64,000 nucleotides of DNA from Naegleria gruberi (lineage: Eukaryota), in the NCBI GenBank assembly GCA_000004985.1, contig GG738897.1. One strand, given 5' to 3'. The notes beneath the pieces were generated by a model that saw only the letters and a list, made by a program, of their open reading frames with translations, did no database searches and was not told where the DNA came from. Made by a program: the position numbers and the translations under genes. Shown here piece by piece: positions 47,397 to 58,100 of the stretch (position 1 is its first letter; the number at the start of each line of letters is the position of its first letter).

Positions 47397-48119
47397 TCAA
47401 TCCATGAGTTTATAAACTTCTAAGTCTTCAATAAGGAAACCAATTCTTGGAAAGTACTGATTCTCCAACAATTCACCATATTCATTGACTTGATTACCAC
47501 CCTCTTTCTTTAGTAATTTACACTCTGGAAAAATGTGATCCTCCATTTCATCATGTGATCCAGACGTGGCAGATGTGTTTGCATTGGTACCAATCCAAAA
47601 GCAATATCCAAACGCAAATAAATGAAATGAGCTATATCTATACAATGCATAGATCCTATCTTCAGGTAATAATCTGAAAATACACAATCGATTGTTATCA
47701 AATCGAAACGTAAACATTTCTTCATCCTTGACATACATTCCTCTCTCATCAAGTTTCATACTTTCACTCGTATATCCTCCAAATAAATCTCCACATTTAG
47801 ATTTTAAAATAATTACAATCTTTCCTTGATCATCACAATGTTTATGAAAATCTGAATCTGAAAATCCATCCCTACTCGCTCTGAATATTAATTTTGGAGT
47901 TTGATGAGTTCTCAATTCCTTTCTAAATAATTGATGATATTGAGTAGAGTTAATCAGTGCACGGGAAAGCTTGGCTTCTTTCCGATATAAATGAGTGAGT
48001 GTAGGTGATCCGATGTGTTGATCGAGCTTGATTGTGATACACTCTCCGATTGGTTCTTCAAAGTTTTCCATTTTTTTGTAATTATTTAATAAATACTTAT
48101 TCATCAGAAATATATCCAT
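47397..48119 (-). CDS. TLDc-domain protein (Oxr1/NCOA7/TBC1D24-type)
   Basis: 'LIFRASRDGFSDSDFHKHCDDQGKIVIILKSKCGDLFGGYTSESM' matches the TLDc core. The start is ATG 48119, or the in-frame ATG 48071. Confidence 0.6.
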   Translation of the reverse strand: MDIFLMNKYLLNNYKKMENFEEPIGECITIKLDQHIGSPTLTHLYRKEAKLSRALINSTQYHQLFRKELRTHQTPKLIFRASRDGFSDSDFHKHCDDQGKIVIILKSKCGDLFGGYTSESMKLDERGMYVKDEEMFTFRFDNNRLCIFRLLPEDRIYALYRYSSFHLFAFGYCFWIGTNANTSATSGSHDEMEDHIFPECKLLKKEGGNQVNEYGELLENQYFPRIGFLIEDLEVYKLMD

Positions 48120-48305
48120 TATTTAAAGGTCAAACGGTGAAATAATAAGGCTGTTATCTAACGAAAACCTGTCGCAATTTAGTAAGCTATGGGTATGTTA
48201 TTAATCAACTCATTTCAATTAATTTTCATCAAACCAAAATTTCAATCACCACTAAAGTCAAATATTTTTTATAAATAAATTTAAAAAAAGTTAGCGCTAA
48301 AAAAA

Positions 48306-50550
48306 ATGAGTGACTCTGAATCAACGGCTTCGTCATCCAATATGATGGTGGATGAACAAACATCATCATCAACACGAAACGGAGATGAACAATCTGATAA
48401 GATGAAAGAGTTGGTCATTAAATATTTACAACAACAAGGATATCACCGATCATTGAAAGCCTTGGAGGAAGAAGCTATTGTCGGATCATCTTCACTGCCA
48501 GAATATGCAGCAGTTTTGGAAAGGGAAAGAATGATACGATCATCAGGTAGGTTTTGTAGTACAATAGTAATATAATGTTGTTATTAGGAGATTCTTTGAA
48601 TAGTTTTCTAAGTGAAGCACCAAGTGGAAAGGGATTTCTTCAAGCCTATCAATCTCTCACAGATTGGGTATTCTCCTCTCTGGAAATCTATAAGGTATGT
48701 GTTGTATTATGGACAGTCAATAATATTGAATATCATAATAATATTAGAATGAATTGATTCAAGTATTGTATCCTGTCTTTGTCCATTGTTATTTGGAATT
48801 AGTAAGCAAAAATCATTCTGAGGAAGCTAGAAAATTCTTGAACAAGTACAAGACACAACATTCACATTTTCACTATGATGACATTTTAACACTTCAAAGT
48901 TTACAAACTCCTGAAATTGTAAATCAAAATGAATTTTCTAAAAGATTATTGTCACACAAATTTATAATCAGATTAAGTGAAGCTAGTTTTCACTTATTAA
49001 TGAAGTTCTTACAAGACTCTAGTGAACTAAGACTTTTATCTATTCTCAATAGATTTGTTAATTTTAAAACATACAAAGGACAACCTAGCTTACAAGCACC
49101 AGCAATGATTGATGGAATTCTTCTAATGGATCATGATATTAAAAGCCAACAACAAAAAAAGAAAAGAAAATCTGAGGATGTGGAAGGATCGGATGATGAT
49201 GACTCTGAGGATGATGACGACGAATTTGAAGCTATTTTCGGAAGAAATAAGAAAATTTCATGGGAAGTTGAAAACAGAGAAAAGGAGGAAGCATTAGCTG
49301 CCACTGCTGTTGTTCAACCTACTGCACCAACAGCACCTCAACCTAGTAGAAGAGGAAGAAAGAAAAAAGGAGCAGCCACAGCTCAACAAGAAATTAAGAA
49401 ATTGATTGATGTTGCTAAGGAACAGGTTCCACCTTGTCCTTCTGCATGTTTCTATACACTTTTCAATTGTAATAATAATTTAAATGCTGTGGAAATCGGA
49501 ACAAACTTTGAACACAAACCATCCAACTATTTTGTTGATGATGGCGATTTTGCTCCTCAATATAACCTAAGAAATGGTCCTGTTATTGCAGCAGGTTTTG
49601 CTGATTCTACTATTAAATGTTGGAATTGGAGAACTCTTAATGGTACCATCCCTAATACTAAATCATATCAGAGAAATTATGAAAGTATTAATCTTGAAGA
49701 TAATGAAAATAGAGAATGTCAATATGATACATTAATTGGTCACTCAGGACCAGTTTACTCCCTATCATTCAATTCTGATCAACAATGGCTTTTATCCTCC
49801 AGTGAAGATTGTACAGTACGTTTGTGGAATGTCAATAATGCAGAATCTGTTGTTGTGTATAAGGGACATCAATATGCTGTTTGGAATGTTAGTTTCAGCC
49901 CAACAGATTACATGTTTGCAACAGCATCACATGATCGTACAGCAAGACTTTGGGTTACTGATAGAGTTACTCCTGTCAGAGTTTTTGCTGGACATTTAGC
50001 TGATGTTGAATGTGTCAAATTCCATCCAAACTGTAATTATGTTGCAACTGGTTCTAGTGATAAGACTGTTCGTTTGTGGGATGTACAAACTGGAGAATGT
50101 ATGAGAATGTTCATAGGTCATCATGGGTCTATTAACACCTTAGCATTTTCACATGATGGTAGATATTGTGCCTCTGCAGGTGATGATGGTCAAGTTCTAG
50201 TTTGGGATATTGGATCTGGAAAGATTGCTTACAAATTTATTGGACATACCAAACCAGTGTGGTCTCTTGACTTTAATAGAAATGACACTTTCCTTGCTTC
50301 AGCTTCATTAGATTCAACTGTTAGAGTTTGGTCAATGTTTGACACTATTGATACAGGTTCTGTTGAGGGAAGTCAATCTGCTGCTCAAATCCTCAAAGAA
50401 AAGAAACTTGAATTGGACAAGCACAAGATTATTTCAAAAGAACCATACAAGACTTACTATTCGAAACAAACACCAGTTTATTCACTCAAGTTCACACAAC
50501 AAGACTTTATGGTGGCAGGTGGTGTTTTCACTCCAAATTTAACTTTGTAA
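48306..50550 (+). CDS. TAF5: TFIID subunit TAF5 (LisH + NTD2 + WD40). Exons 48306..48546, 48588..48694, 48748..50550
   Basis: LisH-like 'MKELVIKYLQQQGYHRSLKALEEE'. Two introns (41 bp GTAGGT..TATTAG; 53 bp GTATGT..ATTAG). The NTD2 block 'LYPVFVHCYLELV' and six or more WD40 repeats ('VRLWNVNN', 'TARLWVTD', 'TVRLWDVQTGEC', 'QVLVWDIGSGK', 'TVRVWSM') follow. Confidence 0.8.
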
Positions 50551-50864
50551 AAGCAAAACTATTATAAATTATTATTATTAAATTTAATTTATTTAAAAAG
50601 TGGAATACTGTGAAAAAAGGGAAGGAAATTTGATTTCAAAAAGAAGGAGGGAATATTGTGTGGTAGTCTAATCTCCTATAAATTGTTTGTTGTTGTTATT
50701 ATTACTCTAATAAATAGGAGAGAGAAAATAGTGAAATGAGAAAGAATGGAAGAGAAAGTGTGTGTGGAAAAAGAAAGTGAACAAAGATGAGCACTTCGGG
50801 GAGAGAGAAGGTTATGTAGTGTTGTTGATAGATGGTTTCATATGATTATTGAAGCCATCACAAA

Positions 50865-51260
50865 TTATTGATTCTTACAACCACCAGCATTTGCTTTTCC
50901 TTCTTCCTTTGGTGCTGTCCTAGAGAGTTTCTTTCCTTCAATAACATCCTGAGCAGTACAAACAATTCCATCAAATTGACCAACAGCTACACCATGTCGA
51001 GCCAATTCAATAGCTTTTTCAGCTCCCTTTTCCTTGTTAAATTGTATCACAGCAGAGCTGAAAACGAGGGCATTAGCTTTGATCACATCAATAGAACTAA
51101 TTCCTCCACTAACTTTCTCAAAGAATTCTCGAATTTGTTTTTCTTCAGCAACGAAAGGCAGTTCAAATACTACAATTGTTCGTTTCAAAAGTTTTTCACC
51201 TTCCTTATCGTTGAGCATTTCTTCAAGTTTTTGTTTTATAAGATTTCTTGATGTAGACAT
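50865..51260 (-). CDS. Hypothetical small protein with an RRM-like beta-alpha-beta segment
   Basis: 131 aa. 'IVVFELPF...ALVFSSAVIQF' resembles RNP2/RNP1 placement. This is weak. Confidence 0.3.
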   Translation of the reverse strand: MSTSRNLIKQKLEEMLNDKEGEKLLKRTIVVFELPFVAEEKQIREFFEKVSGGISSIDVIKANALVFSSAVIQFNKEKGAEKAIELARHGVAVGQFDGIVCTAQDVIEGKKLSRTAPKEEGKANAGGCKNQ

Positions 51261-51531
51261 TTTCTATATATTTGTTTTAATTATTTGATGATGAAATCCT
51301 TGTCCAAGCTGTTTATCGTTGTGTGTGTTCTTCTCGGGTTGATGATGGCAGCTTGACAGCAATTATTTTTTTTAAATTGTGATGGATGCTTGACAAGTGA
51401 AAAAAGCAGCAGCGATGTTAACCAAAGGTGAGAAGACGGAATAACGTTTCTCATATTCACAAAATATGTAAATAATAGTTATTATTCAGTTAGTATTCTT
51501 TAAAATTGGATAATTATTCTATTGTACTAGT

Positions 51532-51984
51532 TTACCACTTTTCATTGAGTAATTTGTAATATTCTTTCAGTTCCTCGTCATCCTCTGAAATATTATCATT
51601 TGATGATTTAAAATTCAGACTCTTCAAAGTTCTTGAAGGCAAAGAAGGCTTTTGAATAGTTGTAGATGATACAGTATATTGAGTCGATTCCCACTGAAAC
51701 CCTTCTCCTTTCTTTATGGTTGATGTTGAAGGAGGAAGCCTTTCATTATCAAATGAATCATTCCTTGATAGAGAAGGTTCTTGTTTTGAAGGCTTAGTTG
51801 ATTTGAATTCATTATCCTTGATCGTTGTTTTGTTTTGTTTTTTCCTCTCCTTTCGTGAGTTGATTTGATTTCTTTGTTTACGAGTCGATGAAGGAACACC
51901 TAATGTAGGACTCTTTGGAGCCTTCTTCTTCAAGACGATCATCTTTGATTGAGGTGAAACTCTTACTGTATGAGTGGTGGTCAT
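51532..51984 (-). CDS. Hypothetical basic Ser/Lys-rich protein
   Basis: 150-aa ORF with ATG at 51984. Low complexity, no known domain. Confidence 0.3.
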   Translation of the reverse strand: MTTTHTVRVSPQSKMIVLKKKAPKSPTLGVPSSTRKQRNQINSRKERKKQNKTTIKDNEFKSTKPSKQEPSLSRNDSFDNERLPPSTSTIKKGEGFQWESTQYTVSSTTIQKPSLPSRTLKSLNFKSSNDNISEDDEELKEYYKLLNEKW

Positions 51985-52219
51985 AGTGAGTTGTTTTTTT
52001 TAAATTTTATTTGTAGACTTAATCATTCAATTTGGCGCCTAATTTCTTTCCACAAGAATAAGAGTTCCCAATGCTGATGATGTAATAATTATCTTCCTAT
52101 TGCATCAATATTCAAAAGGAATTACTTGTTAGAAGAAACAAATATGATTTCTTGGAAGGCTTGTGAAGTTATATCCCCGTAAGCTAGCCGTTACATTTTA
52201 AAATTTAAAAAAAAGGCAA

Positions 52220-55066
52220 ATGTTCAGATCATCACCAAGTAGTCCCTCCGAAACTCAAACTCTTGTCGCTTGTTCTTCTCCTCTCTCATTGATGGGCTTT
52301 TCTGATGATGAAGAGGATGAACAGCCAAAACATGAACTTAACATCCACACACCAATTACACCTCAAATTAAAAACATTCCTTCTCATAATAATTTAATGA
52401 ATTCTCCACTAAAGTCTCCTCCGAATACTAATACATCAAATGGTAAATTATTACTCAATCTTCAACAAGGTAGTACTTCCATCACTAATAAGAATCCATT
52501 CAATATGAGCAATACAATGGATAGTAGTGATGATGATTTATTGGTTGATATTGATTCTCCACTATTAGAATTTGGACAAGACAATGTATTTAATAACAAC
52601 ACCACCACCTCTACAGCAATTAATAGAAACAACAATTCAGGAAAGTCTTCAAGTGATTCATCATCTTCGGAGAAGACTTCCCAAGGAGGCTCCTCTGATA
52701 CATCATCAAGTTCTTCAAGTAGTAGTAAGAAATCTTCATCACTTAAAGGCAGCAATAGCAGTAATAGTATTGCAAGTACGAGTAATACTAATAATAATGG
52801 AGGATCAACTCTTACTATTAAGCCAAAGGCTAAATCCACAAAAGAAAAGAAAGAAAAGAAAGAAAAGAAAGAAACTAAATCTCCAAAGAAAAAGAAGGAA
52901 ACTCCAAAAAAGAAAGTCGAATTCAAGAAGGTGGAAAGTAGTTTCAGTGACAGTAGTCCATCACCCCAAAGAGAATCAGAAAGTTCTAAGAAGAGAAAGA
53001 AATCCACTCCTGAAGAGGTTCCTAAAAAGTGGAAAAAGAAGAAAGTGGAAGAAGTTCCTCCTCTAGCTCAACCACCTCCATCAGTTGGAGGAAAGAAAAG
53101 TCTCTGTCGACAATTTACTGACATGATTACAGAAATTAAAAAGACAGCAAAGAAAAAGAAGTATCATGATGATTTGGATGTGAGTGAGGATGATTCAGAT
53201 GATTTGATGGATATTTCATCAAGTGAGGAGTTGCTATCTTCTGATTCAGAGGATGAAGTGGTTGTGAGAAAGAGAAAGAAATTAACTCCAAAGAAAAAGA
53301 AGCTCTTTGCAAATATGCGTTTTGTAATTTCAAATTCTCTTATTGAAAGTGATAAAGAAAAACTGGAAAAGAAAATTAAGGAAGAAAATGGAACAATTAT
53401 AAGACAATTATCATCTAGTAATTTGGATAGTTGTGAAATTGGTAAAACTGTACTCATTTCAGAAAAGACATCAACAAAACCAACCTATTTAATTGCACTA
53501 TTACTCGATATTCCAATACTGAAGAAGGATTGGATATTCGATTCAATTACCGAGAAGAAACTCATAACAGATGAGAAGACTATACAGAAGTATCTATTAG
53601 ATAGAGGTACAACTAGTTCTAGATTGGATCCATCTACTCTTCATGTTGAAAAACAAACATTCAATTCATCAATGATGTGCTGTAAAAAGGAAAATAGAAT
53701 TTTCTATGGTTGTCGAGTGAAGATTTTGGGAAATGAAAAAGAATTGTCCAGTTGGATCAGTATATTGGTTGCTGGTGGAGCCATCATAGATAATGAATTG
53801 ACTACACAAACAAGTGAAGGATCGAATTTCATTTTTGTAAAAGATTCGAATAAGCTTACTGAAGAAGATGTGGAGAAGGCAACATCTATGAAGCTTCCAA
53901 TACTTGATGGAGAAAGTTTGCTTCAAATTGTAATTACACTAGAAAGAAAATTCTCAGAAGAGCAAGTTTTAAACTATGCAGAGCTTTCGCAGATAACTAG
54001 AAAGATGCAACCACTTCCTTCGATCAATCTATTGGAAATGTCAATGCCACTAATTGAATTGCCAGATGAAACTGATGTTATCAACAATATGGATCTCATA
54101 GATAAGATTGAGTTTGGTAACTTTTTTAATATTAATGAGAAAGATTCCATTCAAAAAACCTCATTCACAAGAGTTACAACTTGTAGTGGTGATACTATAT
54201 GTGAAAAGTATTACATTCATGATATGGTTGTTTTGGATTATTTGAATGAGGAGTTAATTTGTAGAATAGATAGTTTATACTATTGTGGAAATATTCCAAC
54301 ACTAAGGGCTACCCAATATTATTCGAATCCAAAACGAAAGCTTCAAAAAACTGAAAGAGTAGTCAATTGTTCCGTAGAGCATATCAAGTACAAGCTTAAT
54401 ATTTGTGGACCTACCCGTCACAAATCCCAACACTTTTATTCGAATCAACGTTTCAACACCAAGACACAGGTCATTTCTGATATTTTGGAAGATATCAAAA
54501 CAGTTGGAGAAACTTGTCTTGGCTTGGAACAATGTAAAGAGCACAAATTCAAATGGCTACCACCTTTCAAAACCAATATTTTCAATGACCACATTATGGT
54601 TAGCACACTCAAATGGAGGAAGCAATTATTCCAACAGGGAGACTTTGTTCTCATCAAACAAAAACAATCTGATTTACAAATTGTTGGATGCATAACAGAG
54701 ATGAGGGAGAATGATACCAATATTTTCGCCATTCCATCTTCCAGAAAGTTTCCAATTTCACAGGGATCACTCTTTGTGGAAATATTCGAAAAGCTCGACC
54801 AAGATTTTTGTGTACTCTCCAAAAACTCCAACGTGATAACAACAACAACTGATAACCACCAACAAGGAAACACTGTTGTCAGTCAATTGTGTGTGAATAA
54901 CAGTAATAATCAACAGTACAAGACAACTCACCAAGTTTCAAGATTGGATGTTGAATCTATTCAGCACATCCAATCATTTGTAGCCATTAATGGTCAATTA
55001 ATTGGAGACAATTCAATTAACACGCTAGTCCAACAATACTCTAACAATCTGATCATCATCCACTAG
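52220..55066 (+). CDS. Nuclear low-complexity protein with tandem BRCT-like domains and a C-terminal BAH-like region
   Basis: 948 aa. The N-terminus has S/K/E-rich tracts with KKKEKKEKKE runs. 'LFANMRFVISNSL...KTVLISEKTSTKPTYLIALLLDIPILKKDWIFDSI' and 'RVKILGNEKELSSWISILVAGGAIIDN...FIFV' look like BRCT repeats. Confidence 0.45.
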   Translation: MFRSSPSSPSETQTLVACSSPLSLMGFSDDEEDEQPKHELNIHTPITPQIKNIPSHNNLMNSPLKSPPNTNTSNGKLLLNLQQGSTSITNKNPFNMSNTMDSSDDDLLVDIDSPLLEFGQDNVFNNNTTTSTAINRNNNSGKSSSDSSSSEKTSQGGSSDTSSSSSSSSKKSSSLKGSNSSNSIASTSNTNNNGGSTLTIKPKAKSTKEKKEKKEKKETKSPKKKKETPKKKVEFKKVESSFSDSSPSPQRESESSKKRKKSTPEEVPKKWKKKKVEEVPPLAQPPPSVGGKKSLCRQFTDMITEIKKTAKKKKYHDDLDVSEDDSDDLMDISSSEELLSSDSEDEVVVRKRKKLTPKKKKLFANMRFVISNSLIESDKEKLEKKIKEENGTIIRQLSSSNLDSCEIGKTVLISEKTSTKPTYLIALLLDIPILKKDWIFDSITEKKLITDEKTIQKYLLDRGTTSSRLDPSTLHVEKQTFNSSMMCCKKENRIFYGCRVKILGNEKELSSWISILVAGGAIIDNELTTQTSEGSNFIFVKDSNKLTEEDVEKATSMKLPILDGESLLQIVITLERKFSEEQVLNYAELSQITRKMQPLPSINLLEMSMPLIELPDETDVINNMDLIDKIEFGNFFNINEKDSIQKTSFTRVTTCSGDTICEKYYIHDMVVLDYLNEELICRIDSLYYCGNIPTLRATQYYSNPKRKLQKTERVVNCSVEHIKYKLNICGPTRHKSQHFYSNQRFNTKTQVISDILEDIKTVGETCLGLEQCKEHKFKWLPPFKTNIFNDHIMVSTLKWRKQLFQQGDFVLIKQKQSDLQIVGCITEMRENDTNIFAIPSSRKFPISQGSLFVEIFEKLDQDFCVLSKNSNVITTTTDNHQQGNTVVSQLCVNNSNNQQYKTTHQVSRLDVESIQHIQSFVAINGQLIGDNSINTLVQQYSNNLIIIH

Positions 55067-55126
55067 TGATGAATTTGCAATGCCACATGTCACTACTAAT
55101 TATTATAATGAAACACCAATAAAAAA

Positions 55127-58100
55127 ATGAGCAATTCCAACCCGAGAGGAGGAGGATATGGTGAGTCAGCATCATCATCTCTGGGTGGTGGTGGTCAAGT
55201 AAAGGAATCTAAACGATATACGATGGATTTTAAAAAACTTGGTCTCAATCCCATGAATTTGAATAAATCATCAAATAATAGCAAGACAAATAATTTAGGA
55301 GGAGCTAACAGTTTATTACAACAAATAATTAATGATGATAAGAATTATCATTTGCAACAAGTGGGTGAAGTGATTGAAGGACAAACTACGGAGGGAATTA
55401 ATGATGTGTTTTTTAATGTACCTCCAGGTAAATTTAAAGTACAAGTTTCGAATACGACTGGAACTGGATTGAGAATATTTTCATCTGTAGTGTTGAGAGC
55501 TGATGTTTCATGTCAATCATCAGTGACATCAACTATTCAAAATGATAATGATCAATTACATAATTCAGAAAATATAGAAAAAGGTAATTCATGGAGTACT
55601 CTTGTTACAACACCAATGGATTCACAACAATCTACAATTAGAATTACTTTATTTTGTGAACCACCTGATGCTAAATGTAGTTACAAAATTCAAGTTCATC
55701 AAATTTTTAATATTGTACATACTAAAGGTTTCGAATTGGGAAAAGGTGAGGAAAATGATTACAAATTTGATTTGAGTCCTGGTCAATATCACATATTTGT
55801 TCAATCATTGAATTCTCAACCATTTGCTTGTAGTTATCAATTAGCCAATTCTACAAGTTATTCAGAGGATAATATCAAAGATTTAAAGATTCTTCCACAT
55901 CCAATTGTGGTCATCATTGAAGATGATCAACAACAGAGTACCAATTTACTTGATGTGAAAGTTGCATCAAAAACACAAAAAGCAGTCAAGGCAAAATTAT
56001 TAATTTTACAATCTATTAGTGAATTTGAATTGAAAAGAACTCTGGATAGTGAACAGAGAGTTACAATTAATGAGTTTAAATCATTAATTGATGATAGTTA
56101 CAGAGAAAGAAATGTAGAAACAATGCAAGGATTGGAATTAATGTTGACAGATTTATATGAAAAGAAGGGGTCAAGATTTCAACCTATTCATGCCTATGGG
56201 AAGGCAATGAAAACTCATTTGGAAGAATCTTTGGAATTGGAAAAACAGTTAAAAGAAATCACTCATGTTGATAATAATTTGTTAAAATCAAATTTGTTGG
56301 ACAATTTGATTAAACAATTTAAGAATTTGAAATACTTGACAGAGAAAAACAAACTTGACACTAAGGTTTTGATCAATCTTTCTGAATCAGAGCAAAAAGT
56401 AATCAAATTCAAGGAAATTGTAAAGAAAATCAATGAATGGAAACCAAAATTGAAGGAAGTCCTGCACAATCCAGACAGCAAAGTTCTCCAGGAAACACTT
56501 GATCAAATTAGTGACGATACACTTTTACAAGATGATTCGTGCTCTGAAATTATCAATAACATGCTTGAAGAACCGTCAATTTTGCTGAAACGACTTCAAG
56601 CAGTTGACAAGACCAAAAAGAAAATCAAAAAGTTCGTTGCTGAGGAAAATGAAACTGCTCTTCAATCACTTAAACCTGTCATTGAAGATTATGACAAGGT
56701 AGAGAGAAAATACATTGAAAAGGAGTATAATCTCATTCTCCAAACATTGGAAAAGATTAGTTTGAGAAAGAATGCAGAAAAGAAATTGAGAGAAGCCATT
56801 TTAACAAAACAAACTCACAGAATTGGTGCTGATATCAAAGCTTTTGAACCATATCTGAAAGGAACTGATCTACTCAGAGATGCCAAGCAAATATTGGAAG
56901 ATTTACTTGACAATGGTGATGCCGACGTTTCTAAATATTTACATGGAGCAGATGAGGTGATTGTTGCTTCTCCACCAATTCAAAAATCAACACCCAAACA
57001 ACCAGAACCTAAAAATCCATCGAGTCCAGTAGTGAAAATTCCACTCACCAACAAGGAAGATTTACTGAATAGTTTACTTGCTGAGGATGATGGCTTACCG
57101 AGTGCCAGAGGAGAAAATACAGAACCACTGAAAGCAACAACAATTAATTCGCCAACCACTTCAACAAGTGCTGTTGAACCATCTACTGCCTCCTCTGTTA
57201 AATCGCCACAGGAGGAACAAGTTCAAACTGAAAGGGAAAAGAAGGATGCCTTGTTGAATTCCATTCTTGCAGATGATGATGGATATGAAGAACAAGTGAC
57301 CAATATTCAACAACCATCAGCAGCTGTTGTTGCAACAAAAACGGTCAAGAAGATTCCAACCAAGATTTCAATTCCAAAAACTAAAAAGATTACAAAAAAT
57401 AGTGATTCTGGTAAGATAATCAACTCTATCAGATCTCCAATGACAGATAAACAAAAGACTGGAAGTACAGATACTCAATCTGATATTAGTGAGCTTTCTG
57501 ATAGTGATTACGAAATGTCAGATGATGAAGATGAAATTCCAAAACCAAAAGCTTCACTTTTAGAATCACTTGGATCAATATATAGTGATGTGTTAACAGA
57601 GGATGACAAGAAGAGTTCTGAAAATATTGCATCATCACCAATACCACTTGATATTCTTTTGAGAAAACCATCTTCAACTCCAACTGAAATACCAAAGAAG
57701 GATCAAGACTTTACTCCAAAGAATAGCAGTCCAATCGTCAGTTCCATGTCTCCAAAGGAACAACAACCATTGCCAACCATTAAAACAAGTATTGAGAAGA
57801 AAGCAGAACAAACAGTTACCTTCTCTCCTCAATTTCCAACTCCAAAACCTAAAAAGACAGTCTTCTCTCAAGCATCTGTTCTCCAAAATAAGAAGCAATG
57901 GCAAGATGAGTTGAAGCAGAAAGAAAACTCACTCTTGGAGAGATTTGAAAGGATGATTTCCAAACCAGTGAGTAATACATTGGATATTAACAATAAGGAA
58001 ATGGTAAAACTCATGATGAGACAACACAAAATATCAAACCATCCTCTGCTTAATCAACTTCACCAGGAAATACTCATTCTCATTAATAGCAATGGAGGCG

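Noticed and set aside
52462-53066. ORFs 52462..53007 (-) and 52572..53066 (+) nested inside the BRCT-protein gene
   Set aside because: They lie entirely within the S/K/E low-complexity repeat region (AAG/GAA/AGA runs), which is open in several frames. There is no start context or independent signal.
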